Source: Trypanosoma brucei
Lineage: Eukaryota
Reading direction: 5' to 3'
DNA: 64,000 bases
Assembly (NCBI GenBank): GCA_000002445.1
Contig: CP000071.1
Coordinates: forward strand, 1,120,001-1,184,000
Part shown: one piece after another, positions 1-10,856 of the stretch
Numbering within the stretch: the stretch's first letter is position 1
How the letters are laid out: each line of letters opens with the position of its first letter
Translations under genes and position numbers: made by a program
The notes under the pieces: model-generated
What the model was told of the DNA's origin: nothing
Databases searched by the model: none
The model's input: only the letters and a program-made list of their open reading frames with translations

Positions 1-812
1 TGCCGGCGTTATTCTTACTTAACGTGTGCCTGATAGTTTTTTTTTTTACTTCGCTGGAGCCGTTCTTTGCTTCCTTCCCTCCCTTCTCTCGCTGTCTCAT
101 CTCCTTTCATTTCTCGCATGTCATAACAAAATCCGTAGAGTCACATGCTCAAAAAGAAAACAAAAAAAAAAGAAGCAAAGAACCGAAGAAAACACAACAA
201 CCGAAAACTAATGGAGTGGAATGATGCTTCAATTGTAAAACTCAAATCAGCAGAAGTACACATGAACCCTCCCGTAAAGTCACCGCTTCCCCACCATCCG
301 CTACTCATTCCATTCCCTTTTTTTCCCACTACTCTTGTCGTTCACAAACATAAGCCAGGCAAACACAGACATAAAATGGGAAATATATATATATATATGT
401 AGAAACAAAATCCACATATCAACTTACCTTCATCAGGTATTGCGTCCTTCTTTCCCCCTTTCCAAAAGCATGCTGCGTTAACCATATTTCGACTTATTTC
501 CCACCGCAACCTCAAACGAACACACCTCAATAATCCAACCAGTGACGTTACGTCCCCCGTCACCCCGCATGGCACCGCAGGAACGCTGGGCTCAGTGCTA
601 AACTCAACTTCACGAGCGATTTGCAAAAGCGGGGTTGCCGTGCTAAACAAAAAAAATTCCGAAGGGAAAATGACAAGAACGTAAGAAAGAAAAGGGTGCA
701 CGGCAACATACGAAATGCATGAACAGATAGTCCTACGTATATGTGTACGTGCGACCGCGTGTGAATGTGAATGTACTCAAACTTGGATGGTGTGTGTGTT
801 CGTGTGGAAATC

Positions 813-2264
813 CTATGCCGATTCTTGTGGCACTTCTCGGCGTGATCGCTTCTGCTTCGGTGTCTCACTCACTTCCTCACGCTCACCTTCGGCTTCAGCG
901 CTTTGAGCGGTCCGTTGTTTCTTTGCACGGCGGCGAATAATTTTTTTGTATTGTTCGAGCGCCTCCTCCATAGCTACACGGTTTGAGGGCGGTTTATTAC
1001 CCGTGTCAAAGAAATTGAGCCGCGCTTCCACCTGTTCTCGCAATTTCTCGCCAAAGACCTGCGGCGGGGCGTCCATGAAACAATCAATGCGGCACGCAAG
1101 GGCAGCTTTGTTGGCAAGGTAACGAGAAATCTTACCCCTATGCTCCTTAGCGGCGCGCTGAATGAAGGTGGAATGGAAAATAAGGCCGTATTTGGGGGTG
1201 TTGCCCTTCCGCTTTTTCAAGGCACGGAATAAAGCCTTCTCTGCACCGAGAATTTGGATGGTACTCGCAGGCGATTTGGCGAGGTTTGTAAGGGAACCGG
1301 CTTTCGAGATGAGCTTCGCACCGATGTTCTGCCCCATCAACTCCGTTAAATTGGGTGCCACAAGCATCATCTTATCCACAAGGTACTGTTGTAACGACTC
1401 TCGGTAGTCTCCAAGAGACACGACACGTTTCATGAAGCGGCGAATGTTTGACCAGTCAACCTCTGCCATATCGCCACCCATCGACGTGACGGCTTTCTCA
1501 TACACACGAGCCGCGAGAGCTTCATCACCCTCGAGAATCTCAGCGATTTGTTGCGTTACCTCCTCAGTATCGCGCTCTTCCAGCGTGCTGCGGCTACCAA
1601 TTAACAGAGCGACTTTGGAATACTTGAGTGGCTCCGGCACCTCCTTAGCCAATTCAGGAAAGTGCCAGCCGTACCATTCCTTTACGCGCATTCCAAGAAG
1701 GTTGACGCCCTTGTCCATGTGCTCTGTCAAAGCAGAAGATTGAATAATCATGTTGTCACTGCGATGAACGTTGAATTTCACTTTGTTGCGGGAGAAGGCG
1801 TGGCCGAGACCGCACTGCGCACGAAGTATATCCTTTTCTTGATGCTCGGGCAACAATTTCTCGGCGTGCAAACGCAAACAGCGGCACATCTCCACCACGT
1901 TTTCATTGCACAACACAGCGAATTTCAGCTCATCGTGAATGGCACTCCCCAACTTGGGGTCTGACACACCAAGCTCCCAGTTGGCTTCACCCTTTGTTGC
2001 CTTCTTTGACAGAACCGAAGTCAAAAAGTTATTCAGGAAAGGACTTACAATAGATTCATTAATGCAAACGGCGTCCTCCAACGCATTCTCCGGTGACTGA
2101 TAAGGTGCGAAGGATAGAAGTTTCACCCACGGGGAAAACGTGGCAAACGTTTGAAGGTCCTTCTGTAGTGCAACATCACCAGCACCAATTTCCTCCGTGG
2201 TGAGTACCTTAAACAGGGCATAACCCGTGGGACCCTCATATAAGAGATAAAGTGTTTTTGACAT
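813..2264 (-). CDS. NOP56: Nucleolar protein NOP56 (box C/D snoRNP core protein; Nop5 N-terminal, NOSIC and Nop domains)
   Basis: 483-aa ORF. The N-terminus MSKTLYLLYEGPTGYALFKV matches the Nop56/58 start. NOSIC/Nop-domain blocks are conserved: GLGHAFSRNKVKFNVHRSDNMIIQ, AGSLTNLAKSPASTIQILGAEKALFRALK, PKYGLIFHSTFIQRAAKEHRGKISRYLANKAALACRIDCF and FGEKLREQVEARLNFFDTG. The C-terminal K/R/E-rich tail ending ..REVPQESA resembles the human NOP56 tail (..QEVPQENG), not NOP58. Confidence 0.88.
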   Translation of the reverse strand: MSKTLYLLYEGPTGYALFKVLTTEEIGAGDVALQKDLQTFATFSPWVKLLSFAPYQSPENALEDAVCINESIVSPFLNNFLTSVLSKKATKGEANWELGVSDPKLGSAIHDELKFAVLCNENVVEMCRCLRLHAEKLLPEHQEKDILRAQCGLGHAFSRNKVKFNVHRSDNMIIQSSALTEHMDKGVNLLGMRVKEWYGWHFPELAKEVPEPLKYSKVALLIGSRSTLEERDTEEVTQQIAEILEGDEALAARVYEKAVTSMGGDMAEVDWSNIRRFMKRVVSLGDYRESLQQYLVDKMMLVAPNLTELMGQNIGAKLISKAGSLTNLAKSPASTIQILGAEKALFRALKKRKGNTPKYGLIFHSTFIQRAAKEHRGKISRYLANKAALACRIDCFMDAPPQVFGEKLREQVEARLNFFDTGNKPPSNRVAMEEALEQYKKIIRRRAKKQRTAQSAEAEGEREEVSETPKQKRSRREVPQESA

Positions 2265-4407
2265 TGCCTATAGTGGTTCTCCTCTTATCCCCTCCCCTCC
2301 TTCCTTCCTTTTTTCTTTTCGTGTTTTTTTTTTGCTCTCGACCTGTCCTTTTTTATTTATTTATTTCTTCCGCTTCCTGGACTGTGTATCACCTTTTATT
2401 GCTTCGTGTCGTATGGTTCAACCAACCAAAGTTGCAGTACCAACGGAAACGTGCAATGTAATAGCGGTAATGACGCGCAACCAACCAATCGAATACAAGG
2501 CCAAAAAAAAAAAACACAAAACGGGAGAATGTGAGAATGAGAATTCAAATAAATAAAAAAATAAGCAAATGAATAAGTACAGGTACTAAATATATCGTAA
2601 GACATAATCCACTCCTTCTCTTCCTCCTTTATTCTTTTTTTTTCTTTTTCAATCATGAAAGGTACCCCACACACACCCATTCCTTGCCACTGCAGTGACT
2701 TCCTTATTTTGACTGCGCAATCGCAAAACACTAAGCAGATATTAAAGAATTTTGAGGGTAGTAGTAGTAGTAGTGGTGGCGGTGGCGGTGGCGAAGGAAT
2801 AAATAATCCGCTCATAATAATATTAGTCAAAAAACAAAACAAAACAACAAAACATCGAACGCACGGACCGCGAAAAATATGATAACGCATCCAATATGGT
2901 TCTGGTAGTTGATCTGAAATAATATCGTTTTTGTTTTTTGTTTCTTGTTTTTTGCAATTCTCTCGTTTTCTTTCACAAATATATAGCAGTGAGTAAAGTA
3001 ACCCAAAACACGGGAGAGGATTAAAAAAAAAAAAAACACAACAGAAAATAGAAGCAGTAAAGAGAACTGAATATATTCGCTGTGGAGAAGGAGAGCATAA
3101 AAATTAAACGAACAATATGACGTCCATCAAATGTCCTCACCTTCTTTTTGCTTTTTTTTTCTCTTTTGCCTTCCTTGTAGGTTCGTTCAACTCTCCTTTG
3201 ATTACTTCGCCGCGTGGAAAAAAAAAATGAACTATGAACAACAAGATAATAGGAAAAGTAAAAAACCTCGTGAGGGAGGTTTGTAGCAAATAGCAACTAA
3301 CCAAATCACAATAATAATAGTAATTATAAAGATAGCGAACGGAGCCAGAACACGCAAGAGAAAAAAAGGTTAAGAAAAGTGGACAACGAAGTGAAGAAAA
3401 ACCTTCGACATGACCAACAACAACAACAGCAACACACATGAGTAAGGCGAATACAAGGGAGATGTAGTGAGAGAGAGAGAGAGATCGAGAGGGAGTTAAA
3501 GGGTGTGCGCAGAAAAACAACAGCTACAACATCACCAATAAATGTTCCCAATGCAAAAAAAGAAAAAAAAGAAAAAAAAGAGAGAAAACAAAAACAAAAA
3601 CGTGTAAAAAAAAAACACTACAATACATACGCACACCTAGCGAGAAGGAAACCACACTTTTACGAACCGTCTCATACCCAGGCGTGAATGAACAAAACAT
3701 ATTAATCCTCTTTATTTTTTTTTCAAATGAAACAAATCAAGAAATGTACGAAAAAACAAAAAGTAATAGGGAGTGTAAAAACGACGACAATAACAACACC
3801 AAAAAAAAAACGACTCGTTTTTTTTTCTTTAGTTTTAATTAGTTTTCTTATTTGCTCCCTTCCTCTCTCCGACCAAGCGAACGCACATACTCATACATTT
3901 TATGAACTTTTTCTTTTTCGTTTATTTCCCTCTCCCTAACAAACAAATATAAATCAATAAGCAGATACAAACCTCCAGCTATATATATATATATATATAT
4001 CGTTTAAACTTTCCCACCCCAACCCCTTTACGTTTTGATTTTTTTTTAAATATTATTTGACGCCGACTGCTCCGCTCAATTTGCACGTCGCAGGGTAAAT
4101 AGTATCACAAAAGGACGAATGGCTTGTAAACGTATTTTAAACACACACGCACACAAACAAAAAAAGGAACAGGAAAACAGACGTATATAAATACAAGTGC
4201 GTACGAACCTTTTACAGGAAGCTAAGAGTCAACTTATTTTTGCTCGTATCCTCCAGCTTTTCTTTTTCTTTTTTTTGTTTTTCCCCCTCTTCACTTCCCT
4301 TACTTCTGCTCTCCTTGACTTTTTTCTTTTTTTCTTTTTCTGTTGAATACCATTGCACTTTTTCTTGCATTATCTGCTGCCACCGTAGGTCGTATGCAAT
4401 AGAAATG

Positions 4408-5637
4408 TTAGGGCATAGAGGTGGGAAGATCTGACACTTCCATAAGACTATGAGTCCGCAGCATATGGTCACAGCCGAGTACTTCCTTCGCATTTGTGGT
4501 GCCATTTGAAAGTGCGAGTCGTTGTTGTATGATATTCTCTCGCTTTAACCGCCGTGCCTCAAAGCCACGAACCTCCGCCAAGAACATTTGATGCATGGAG
4601 AAGATGTCGCTCACCTCTGGGAAATGGAAAGGACCACTGCATGCCTCCGTAAGATCCAGTGGGTCATATAGAGATGCAAAATAGGGATGCTGCAAAGCCT
4701 GCTCAGCACTGATACGCCGCGCTGGATTGAATTCAAGCATACGACTGAGCAAATCTATTGCTTCAGCATCGGCAGTGGGCACCACATCACACCATGGCCG
4801 GGGCTTGCAGTGCGAGAGGGCGTTACGAAGGTAATTCCGCGCCTGCGAAGATGAGAACATATCAAGGTGGTCTTCCTCCGTGGGCGCTCCTACAACTTCC
4901 ACAATTTTGTCTAACTGGTTGTAGAATGTAGAACCACGAAAAAGGGCACGACGGTTGAAAAGCTCACCCATTACGCACCCAGCAGACCACATATCGACAA
5001 GTTTCGTGAATCCTTTGAACTGCATCACGAGTTCCGGTGCGCGGTACCAGCGGTGCGTCACGTAGTGTGTTTTATTTGGATCCTGCGTATCCTCTCGTGC
5101 CAGATTGAAGTCACATATGGTGATGTCATTGTTCTCAGAGACAAGTACATTTCCTGGGTGCAGATCACGATGTACAACACCCGCTTCGTGCAGAACATGC
5201 AATCCAAGTATGATGTGGTACATGAAGAAGCGGATGTGCTGGGGAGAAATATCAATGCGCTTATCGTGTATAACTTGTGCCAGGTCGGTACGCATGAGGT
5301 CGGTGACGAGGTACAGTTTGTGCTGGCCCGGGGGCTGCAGATGTATGAACATGTTCTTCAGTCCGAGTATGTTTGGGTGGTGGAAGTGGTTCAGCAGCAT
5401 AATCTCGCGCAACACCCGTTTGCAGAGAAAAGGATCGGAGAGGATATTTATGGTCCGACCCTCAGAGATGGTGTTGAACACCCGTTTAATCGCCACGGGA
5501 AGATCGCTTTCATCCACGCCTGCAAAAACAGCCCCATAGCTCCCACTGCTGAGAAAACGGTGCACCGTATAACGAGAATTCATCTCCCGTAATTCCACAA
5601 TGAGCTCTTGCATCAGCTCCTCGCCTTTAGAACCCAT
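4408..5637 (-). CDS. MAP-kinase-like CMGC protein kinase with atypical catalytic motifs
   Basis: 409-aa ORF with the kinase subdomains in order: Gly-loop SSGSYGAV, VAIK, alphaC E (REIMLL), HRDLHPGNVLV, DFN (ICDFNLAR), an activation loop with T-H-Y, and the MAPK hallmark VTHRWYRAPE. A C-terminal extension is typical of MAPKs. The deviations are DFG to DFN, HRDLK to HRDLH and GxGxxG to SxGxxG. Confidence 0.8.
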   Translation of the reverse strand: MGSKGEELMQELIVELREMNSRYTVHRFLSSGSYGAVFAGVDESDLPVAIKRVFNTISEGRTINILSDPFLCKRVLREIMLLNHFHHPNILGLKNMFIHLQPPGQHKLYLVTDLMRTDLAQVIHDKRIDISPQHIRFFMYHIILGLHVLHEAGVVHRDLHPGNVLVSENNDITICDFNLAREDTQDPNKTHYVTHRWYRAPELVMQFKGFTKLVDMWSAGCVMGELFNRRALFRGSTFYNQLDKIVEVVGAPTEEDHLDMFSSSQARNYLRNALSHCKPRPWCDVVPTADAEAIDLLSRMLEFNPARRISAEQALQHPYFASLYDPLDLTEACSGPFHFPEVSDIFSMHQMFLAEVRGFEARRLKRENIIQQRLALSNGTTNAKEVLGCDHMLRTHSLMEVSDLPTSMP

Positions 5638-6726
5638 GTTGTCAAACCTTGTCAGTCTACACCCAAAAGCAGAAGACCGAGGTTAATGACAAAATTTCCA
5701 GAAAAAAATATGGGGAAAAGAAACCGCAAATAGTCTTCTTTGATTCGAAAATATGAAGTAGACCTCAACCGAATACATCAGGAGAGGTACGAAGATGTGC
5801 AAGTAGAAGAGTGCAAAATATTAATGTATAGATATTTATACAATCGCACGTATGGTTTTAATTTTCCTTCGTTTCGATATTAGAGCCCTTCCCTCCTCTA
5901 ATTGCCTGCCAGCTGTGCCGCTCTTTTGCCTTGTTTTCTTTTTTTGAATACACCTTTTGCTACTTGTCAGCGAGTCCATGCCTGGATGTGCACGACGCCG
6001 CTGACCTTCGGCATCGCAATTCGTCACTCACATGCTTAAAAAAATAATTGTTTTTCCCAGCATGGCTTTCAACGCATCCGAAAGTCCCTCCTTGCAGATT
6101 GTTCATTTATATGCCATATACATACAACATTTACATATATGTATATGCTTATTTATACGCATAAGCACTCATACTTTTTGTGTTGCTACTTTCCTTCGCA
6201 GGCACATGCGTAGTGAAATGTGGGAGACAGAATTCACACACATATGGGTGTGAAGGGAACAAGCGGATATGAAGAAAACAAACAAAAGGCACGCAAGTTC
6301 CTCCGCATACGCATATTTACATGCAAGAGAGCGTCACCATCGACCGCACAAACGTGGAGGCACAGTGAGAGCAACAGTAGCGAGGAAAAGAGGAAAGTGG
6401 AAAAGACCAAATTACAAATCAGCAAAAGCTAATTCCACCGTACGCCGTCTCACCCTGACATGATGCGAGTGGGCAGACGAAAGAAAAAAAAAATAATTAT
6501 ACAGCCACAAATCTGCCCCACACTAACATAAGCCGACAAACAAAAAAAAGCAGAAAGAAGGGCAAGAAAGATACGAGAGAGGCACCTCACTCCTTTTCTC
6601 AGCTCCTTTTTTTTCTTTTTCTTTTTTCCATGCTCATGGCATCCGGCAGCGGCGTGTGTACGTATATTTTTGTATGTGTATGTGTATGTGTAAAGGATGC
6701 ATATGATCCTTCTCTACCAATCGTAT

Positions 6727-7227
6727 CTAACCCTCTTTTTCATCCTTCAGTACATCTCTCTTGTCAGCAGCGGCAACACCACCACCTGTTGTTACGCATG
6801 GGGTGAGCCCCGGGCCGCTGCCGTTATAAAATTTCCCACTCCATACTTTCCCTCCAACATCAGTATATGTCCCAAGTCCATGCATACGGTTACCACGCCA
6901 ACCACCATCGTACATTGCACCGGAGGCCCATATGTATGTCCCGCAGCCTTCCATCACGCCGTGCACAAACTGCCCCGTGTAGGAGTCACCACTGACAAGA
7001 AATCGGAGTGTACCATTGCCATGCATTTCATCTTCAGACCAGTTACCTTCGTAGTGAATAAGAGGACTACTGTACGTTCCTTGTCCGTGGCGGCAACAGA
7101 AATTACTGTCGGTAAGTCGTCGCACACCACCCGTGTAGCGTGCCATTTCCCGCTGATGTACGTAACTCCCATTTTCTTCAACGAAAACCTGCTCCTCCTT
7201 CCTCTCCACCTTCTTTTTGGGTGGCAT
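6727..7227 (-). CDS. MORN-repeat protein (small)
   Basis: 166-aa ORF with at least three MORN units (YEGNWSEDEMHGNGTL, YTGQFVHGVMEGCGTY, YDGGWRGNRMHGLGTY, GKVWSGKFYNGSG). It has a basic N-terminus and the same orientation as its neighbours. Confidence 0.65.
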   Translation of the reverse strand: MPPKKKVERKEEQVFVEENGSYVHQREMARYTGGVRRLTDSNFCCRHGQGTYSSPLIHYEGNWSEDEMHGNGTLRFLVSGDSYTGQFVHGVMEGCGTYIWASGAMYDGGWRGNRMHGLGTYTDVGGKVWSGKFYNGSGPGLTPCVTTGGGVAAADKRDVLKDEKEG

Positions 7228-7762
7228 TGAAGTAAATCACCTTTCTATACTAATAATGGCACAGACTGTCGTTTAGAAAAAAAAAATAGGTACGCACTTA
7301 TAGGGAAAAGGTGAAAAAGAAAAGAAAAGAAATGGGAACTGGCGGTGATGAGAGAAAAATAAAAGGAAATGTCTTCAGACACATCCGACAACAACTGAAA
7401 TACGAAAACTGCGCAGTGCGGTAGTACCAGGACAGAAGAAAGCAGGGAAAGCTGTTGAAACAAAAAAGCAAAGTTAACACTTCTTCATATTCACCCTCTT
7501 CCTCCCGCTACCCAAACCTTGAAATAACTGCTTTGCACACTATTTCCCAGACAGCCTCCTTCCCCGCATGCGCTACAGGCGAGTATGTTCAGTTGAGGAC
7601 ATAAAAGTACACATAATTGTTGAAAATGCTACGAGCACTTTCTCACATATCTACATTGAAAATCTGGTGTTGCCCTTTGCCCCCACAATTATCTCTGCAT
7701 TTCCGCACCTCCATGAGGTCTCGCGGAGGGCTGGTTAAATCTTCAGGGGACAGGGAGTGAAC

Positions 7763-7764
7763 GT

Positions 7765-7795
<31 letters not shown>

Positions 7796-7796
7796 C
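7763..7796. repeat. (TG)n / (GTGTGC)n microsatellite (others: 22083-22100, 25925-25944, 55198-55214; (CT)n(CA)n at about 25577-25602)
   Basis: Direct reading of the sequence. Confidence 0.9.
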
Positions 7797-7841
7797 TATC
7801 CGGTCTGCTGCTAACATTCCTCTCTATTTTTCCTTTTAAAT

Positions 7842-8522
7842 CTACGCACTGTTCGCAGCGTCGTATCCCTGAAGCCGTGTCTGAAGGTGCTGTTTACACG
7901 CGTCAGAGCACACGCAGTGCACGAACGGTATATCACGATGACCCGATTTGTTGTTGACTGTAACAAGCACTTCATGATCCCGCATTCTTACGCAACAGTT
8001 GGAGCAATCCACCGAGTATAACCGTGGGGCAATAGTTATGGGAGCTGCTCCATTGACCTCCTCAGGAAGTAGCAGTGGATTGTTTTCCAGCAGCAGCACC
8101 TCCAGACGTGGTAGAAAGAGAAGACCCCCGGGGAGAACACGTAATTGATTGTTTTCCACACGTAGTTCTTGTAGACTCTTCAGCTGCCACATCTCCATCG
8201 GCAGTTCCTGAAGTAAGTTGTTACCCAAATGCAGGCGTTCTAAGTGGGAAAGACGACCCATCTCTCGTGGAACAGTCGTCAGCCTGCAATAACTTGCATT
8301 AAGCCAACGCAGTCGGCCTAACTCCCCAATTGCTGATGGGAGGCTTCCAAGGGAATAGTTATTGTCAATGTGCAGTATCTCCAGTGTGCCACGCAGGGCC
8401 CTAATTTCAGGAGGAACTGCCGTGGTACCCTCTTGATAACTGAAGTGTAATGTAGTGGCATTCTCATCGAACGCCTGCTGTATTGCATTCAGGAAATTCT
8501 CTTCTGCATCCATGATCGACAC
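7842..8522 (-). CDS. Leucine-rich-repeat protein
   Basis: 226-aa ORF with tandem LxxLxLxxNxL units (LEILHIDNNYSLGSLPSAIGELGRLRWLNASYCRLTTVPREMGRLSHLERLHLGNNLLQELPMEMWQLKSLQELRVENNQLRVLPGG...) and a Cys-rich C-terminal tail. Confidence 0.6.
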   Translation of the reverse strand: MSIMDAEENFLNAIQQAFDENATTLHFSYQEGTTAVPPEIRALRGTLEILHIDNNYSLGSLPSAIGELGRLRWLNASYCRLTTVPREMGRLSHLERLHLGNNLLQELPMEMWQLKSLQELRVENNQLRVLPGGLLFLPRLEVLLLENNPLLLPEEVNGAAPITIAPRLYSVDCSNCCVRMRDHEVLVTVNNKSGHRDIPFVHCVCSDACKQHLQTRLQGYDAANSA

Positions 8523-9044
8523 CGATCTGTCCGTTTGGCCCCCTCGTCTATTTGGTTGCCCTTGCCGGCGGTGTGTTATTCCTTTGGTTTTGACTTCGTG
8601 TCTTGACCTCTATATCCTTGGTGTCTATTTCTCAATCGGTCTTCTTCTAGTTTTGCTGATCACACCTACAAAAGAATACTGGCCCGCCAGTCACAAGTAA
8701 ATCATTGGGAGGGGAGGGGACGGAGTAAGAGAAGCAATAGCAGTCAAACGTCAGTATTGTAAATGTGACGTGCAATTACCCCATGGTCGTGGTTGCGAAG
8801 CACATCCACGAGTTGACTAAACAAAGGGGAAATCACGCAAGTCTTCCCTCTTTGGAAGGTACGACTTACGAACGTGCTCATACAATATGGCACACCCAAA
8901 CGGTGCAGCAATACCGTTTAGAATAAGACAGAAAGCTCGCTAACACCGAAACACCCAACGCGACTACCATCAGACAAGAAAAAGTTTGGCGCGCACCAAC
9001 AACCAATCCAACCATTAGTAAGGAACATAGACAAATTGGCTACA

Positions 9045-10856
9045 TCACACACAGTGCTCCTCTAAGCTGACAAGTGAGGCGCCGAGCGTCCACGCCGTCT
9101 CGTAACCGTCAATTTTCTTGGCGATGTGAAGCTCCTGATCAAGAGGGTAATGAAACCCATCGCGCAGCAACGCAACTACGTAGGACAGATGTAGACACTC
9201 CAATTCAGGCCTCAGCGAGGGGTGAACACTTACCTTCCCCTTATTTTCACGACGGAGTTGCTCCACCGATTTCATCGACTTGCAAACCTGGCTCGCGATA
9301 CCGATGATATCCTGCAGACGGATGACTGTTGTTCCTGCTGTCATGTGGGGCCTCAAGAGGTCGTGGTAGAATGAGAATGCATACACGGGTCCAGATACTG
9401 CAGTTCGCACATCGGGCTGAAAAACACCATTAAAGCCACAGCTTTTGCTACTACACTCGCCACCGGAGCGAACCACATGTTTCCGGAAGAGAGCTACACA
9501 CTCCTCCATGGATGGTGTTACACCTCCTCCTCCCACACCGTTGGAAACTCCACTCTTCTCATGAGCATATCCTTGTGGAAAGCATGGAAAAGCACGTAGT
9601 GGACCGGACTTTGCGGCAGTAGTTGTCCCCCCGGTTGCCACCGAAGTCGCCACAGAAGCTAGGAGTTGCTCTCTCGCGGCGTTCAATCCATTACCCTCGT
9701 AGCTGTGCTGATACAGCTTTATCGACTTGCCATTGATGGCAAACGTGTCTGTGAACTCCTCGTGGCCCTCAAGCACCTCTGGGTCATTCGGCCGCATTAC
9801 AACCTGCGTGGAGCCTCCGCCAAGGTCAAGTATAGTAGCCGTTTCCTTGGTACCACTTAGGCTCCCGATGAGGAAGTTAACCGTGAGCCACGCTAGCGGT
9901 CCCTCCTCACGTCCCTCAAGGATTCTCACAGACCCAAGCTCCGAGTGGACCCAAAACGGCCCCTTCTGGAACTCACGACGAACGGCGTCCAGCACTCTCC
10001 CGGCCTGTTCTGCACCAATGCGTCGCAGCCCTGCGGTCGCTTTCAGTTCAATACCTACACACGCGTGCATATCTGTTGGTACACGGGCTTTTGCTGCGTC
10101 GAGTAACGGCACCAAAGAGGCAGCAGCTCCTCTGGGATCGCTAAACCCCGACAGCGGCTCGTGGTTCTCAATGAAGAGTTCATCTTCCAGCTTCAAGTAG
10201 GGTAGCAACGAGGCATGCGCACCATTTGGTGCAGAATCTATGTTATCGTATGGGTTTGAGGTCAAGTTATACCTGTAAACGTGCACACGACTGCCAGTGC
10301 TACCAGCGTCAAACACAACACTGTATCGCCTTGGGGATTTGTTACACGCTGCCAATGACGGTGTCGTATCAGCTGCCTTTTTCAACCAACTTTCCGTTTG
10401 GTGTGTAAGACTGTCAATTAGATTGGCCGCCCGTTGGAGACTCACGGCGGCGCTACCAGTCATATTTCCTCCTCCGTCATTAACCGACGGACCTTCACCA
10501 TTGTTGGAGGTCGCATCTTTTCCTCCACATGACGCCGCCGGCTCCCCAGTGCGGCCCTTTCCTTCCTCAAGGAGTTTAAGTTTCTTCTTTAGCTCATCAC
10601 GATCCTCTTTCAGGCGCTTAAGTGTCCCCGCAGCCACCTTATGAGTGTTCCTCAACATCTCTTGTTGCGAAACACACCGTGAGTCACGCCCATCCGCATC
10701 TAAAGCGTGCTCATCCCTCGTAAGTGAATGGTACCGTGACAAACCAATGAAGTAGCCTGCGGCGTACAACAGTACCAACGTCAGTAACGTAAACAATGGA
10801 AAAATAACAAAAGGCGTCAAAAAGCGCGACTGCTTGGGGTGGTCTGAGTGCAACAT
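9045..10856 (-). CDS. GDA1/CD39-family nucleoside di/triphosphatase (apyrase/NTPDase), type II membrane topology
   Basis: 603-aa ORF. An N-terminal hydrophobic anchor (FVIFPLFTLLTLVLLYAAGYFIGL) is followed by a coiled/charged stalk. The apyrase conserved regions are present: ACR1 VVFDAGSTGSRVHVY, ACR2/3-like ..LKATAGLRR.., and ACR4 ILDLGGGSTQVV. Confidence 0.85.
   Translation of the reverse strand: MLHSDHPKQSRFLTPFVIFPLFTLLTLVLLYAAGYFIGLSRYHSLTRDEHALDADGRDSRCVSQQEMLRNTHKVAAGTLKRLKEDRDELKKKLKLLEEGKGRTGEPAASCGGKDATSNNGEGPSVNDGGGNMTGSAAVSLQRAANLIDSLTHQTESWLKKAADTTPSLAACNKSPRRYSVVFDAGSTGSRVHVYRYNLTSNPYDNIDSAPNGAHASLLPYLKLEDELFIENHEPLSGFSDPRGAAASLVPLLDAAKARVPTDMHACVGIELKATAGLRRIGAEQAGRVLDAVRREFQKGPFWVHSELGSVRILEGREEGPLAWLTVNFLIGSLSGTKETATILDLGGGSTQVVMRPNDPEVLEGHEEFTDTFAINGKSIKLYQHSYEGNGLNAAREQLLASVATSVATGGTTTAAKSGPLRAFPCFPQGYAHEKSGVSNGVGGGGVTPSMEECVALFRKHVVRSGGECSSKSCGFNGVFQPDVRTAVSGPVYAFSFYHDLLRPHMTAGTTVIRLQDIIGIASQVCKSMKSVEQLRRENKGKVSVHPSLRPELECLHLSYVVALLRDGFHYPLDQELHIAKKIDGYETAWTLGASLVSLEEHCV

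Noticed and set aside
5053-5592. Plus-strand ORFs of 179 and 144 aa inside the MAPK-like gene, and many similar 60-235-aa ORFs antisense to other genes (e.g. 20543-21247 inside the helicase, 9727-10200 inside the apyrase)
   Set aside because: They are antisense to strongly supported genes and have no motifs. This is typical spurious antisense ORF content in GC-balanced coding DNA.
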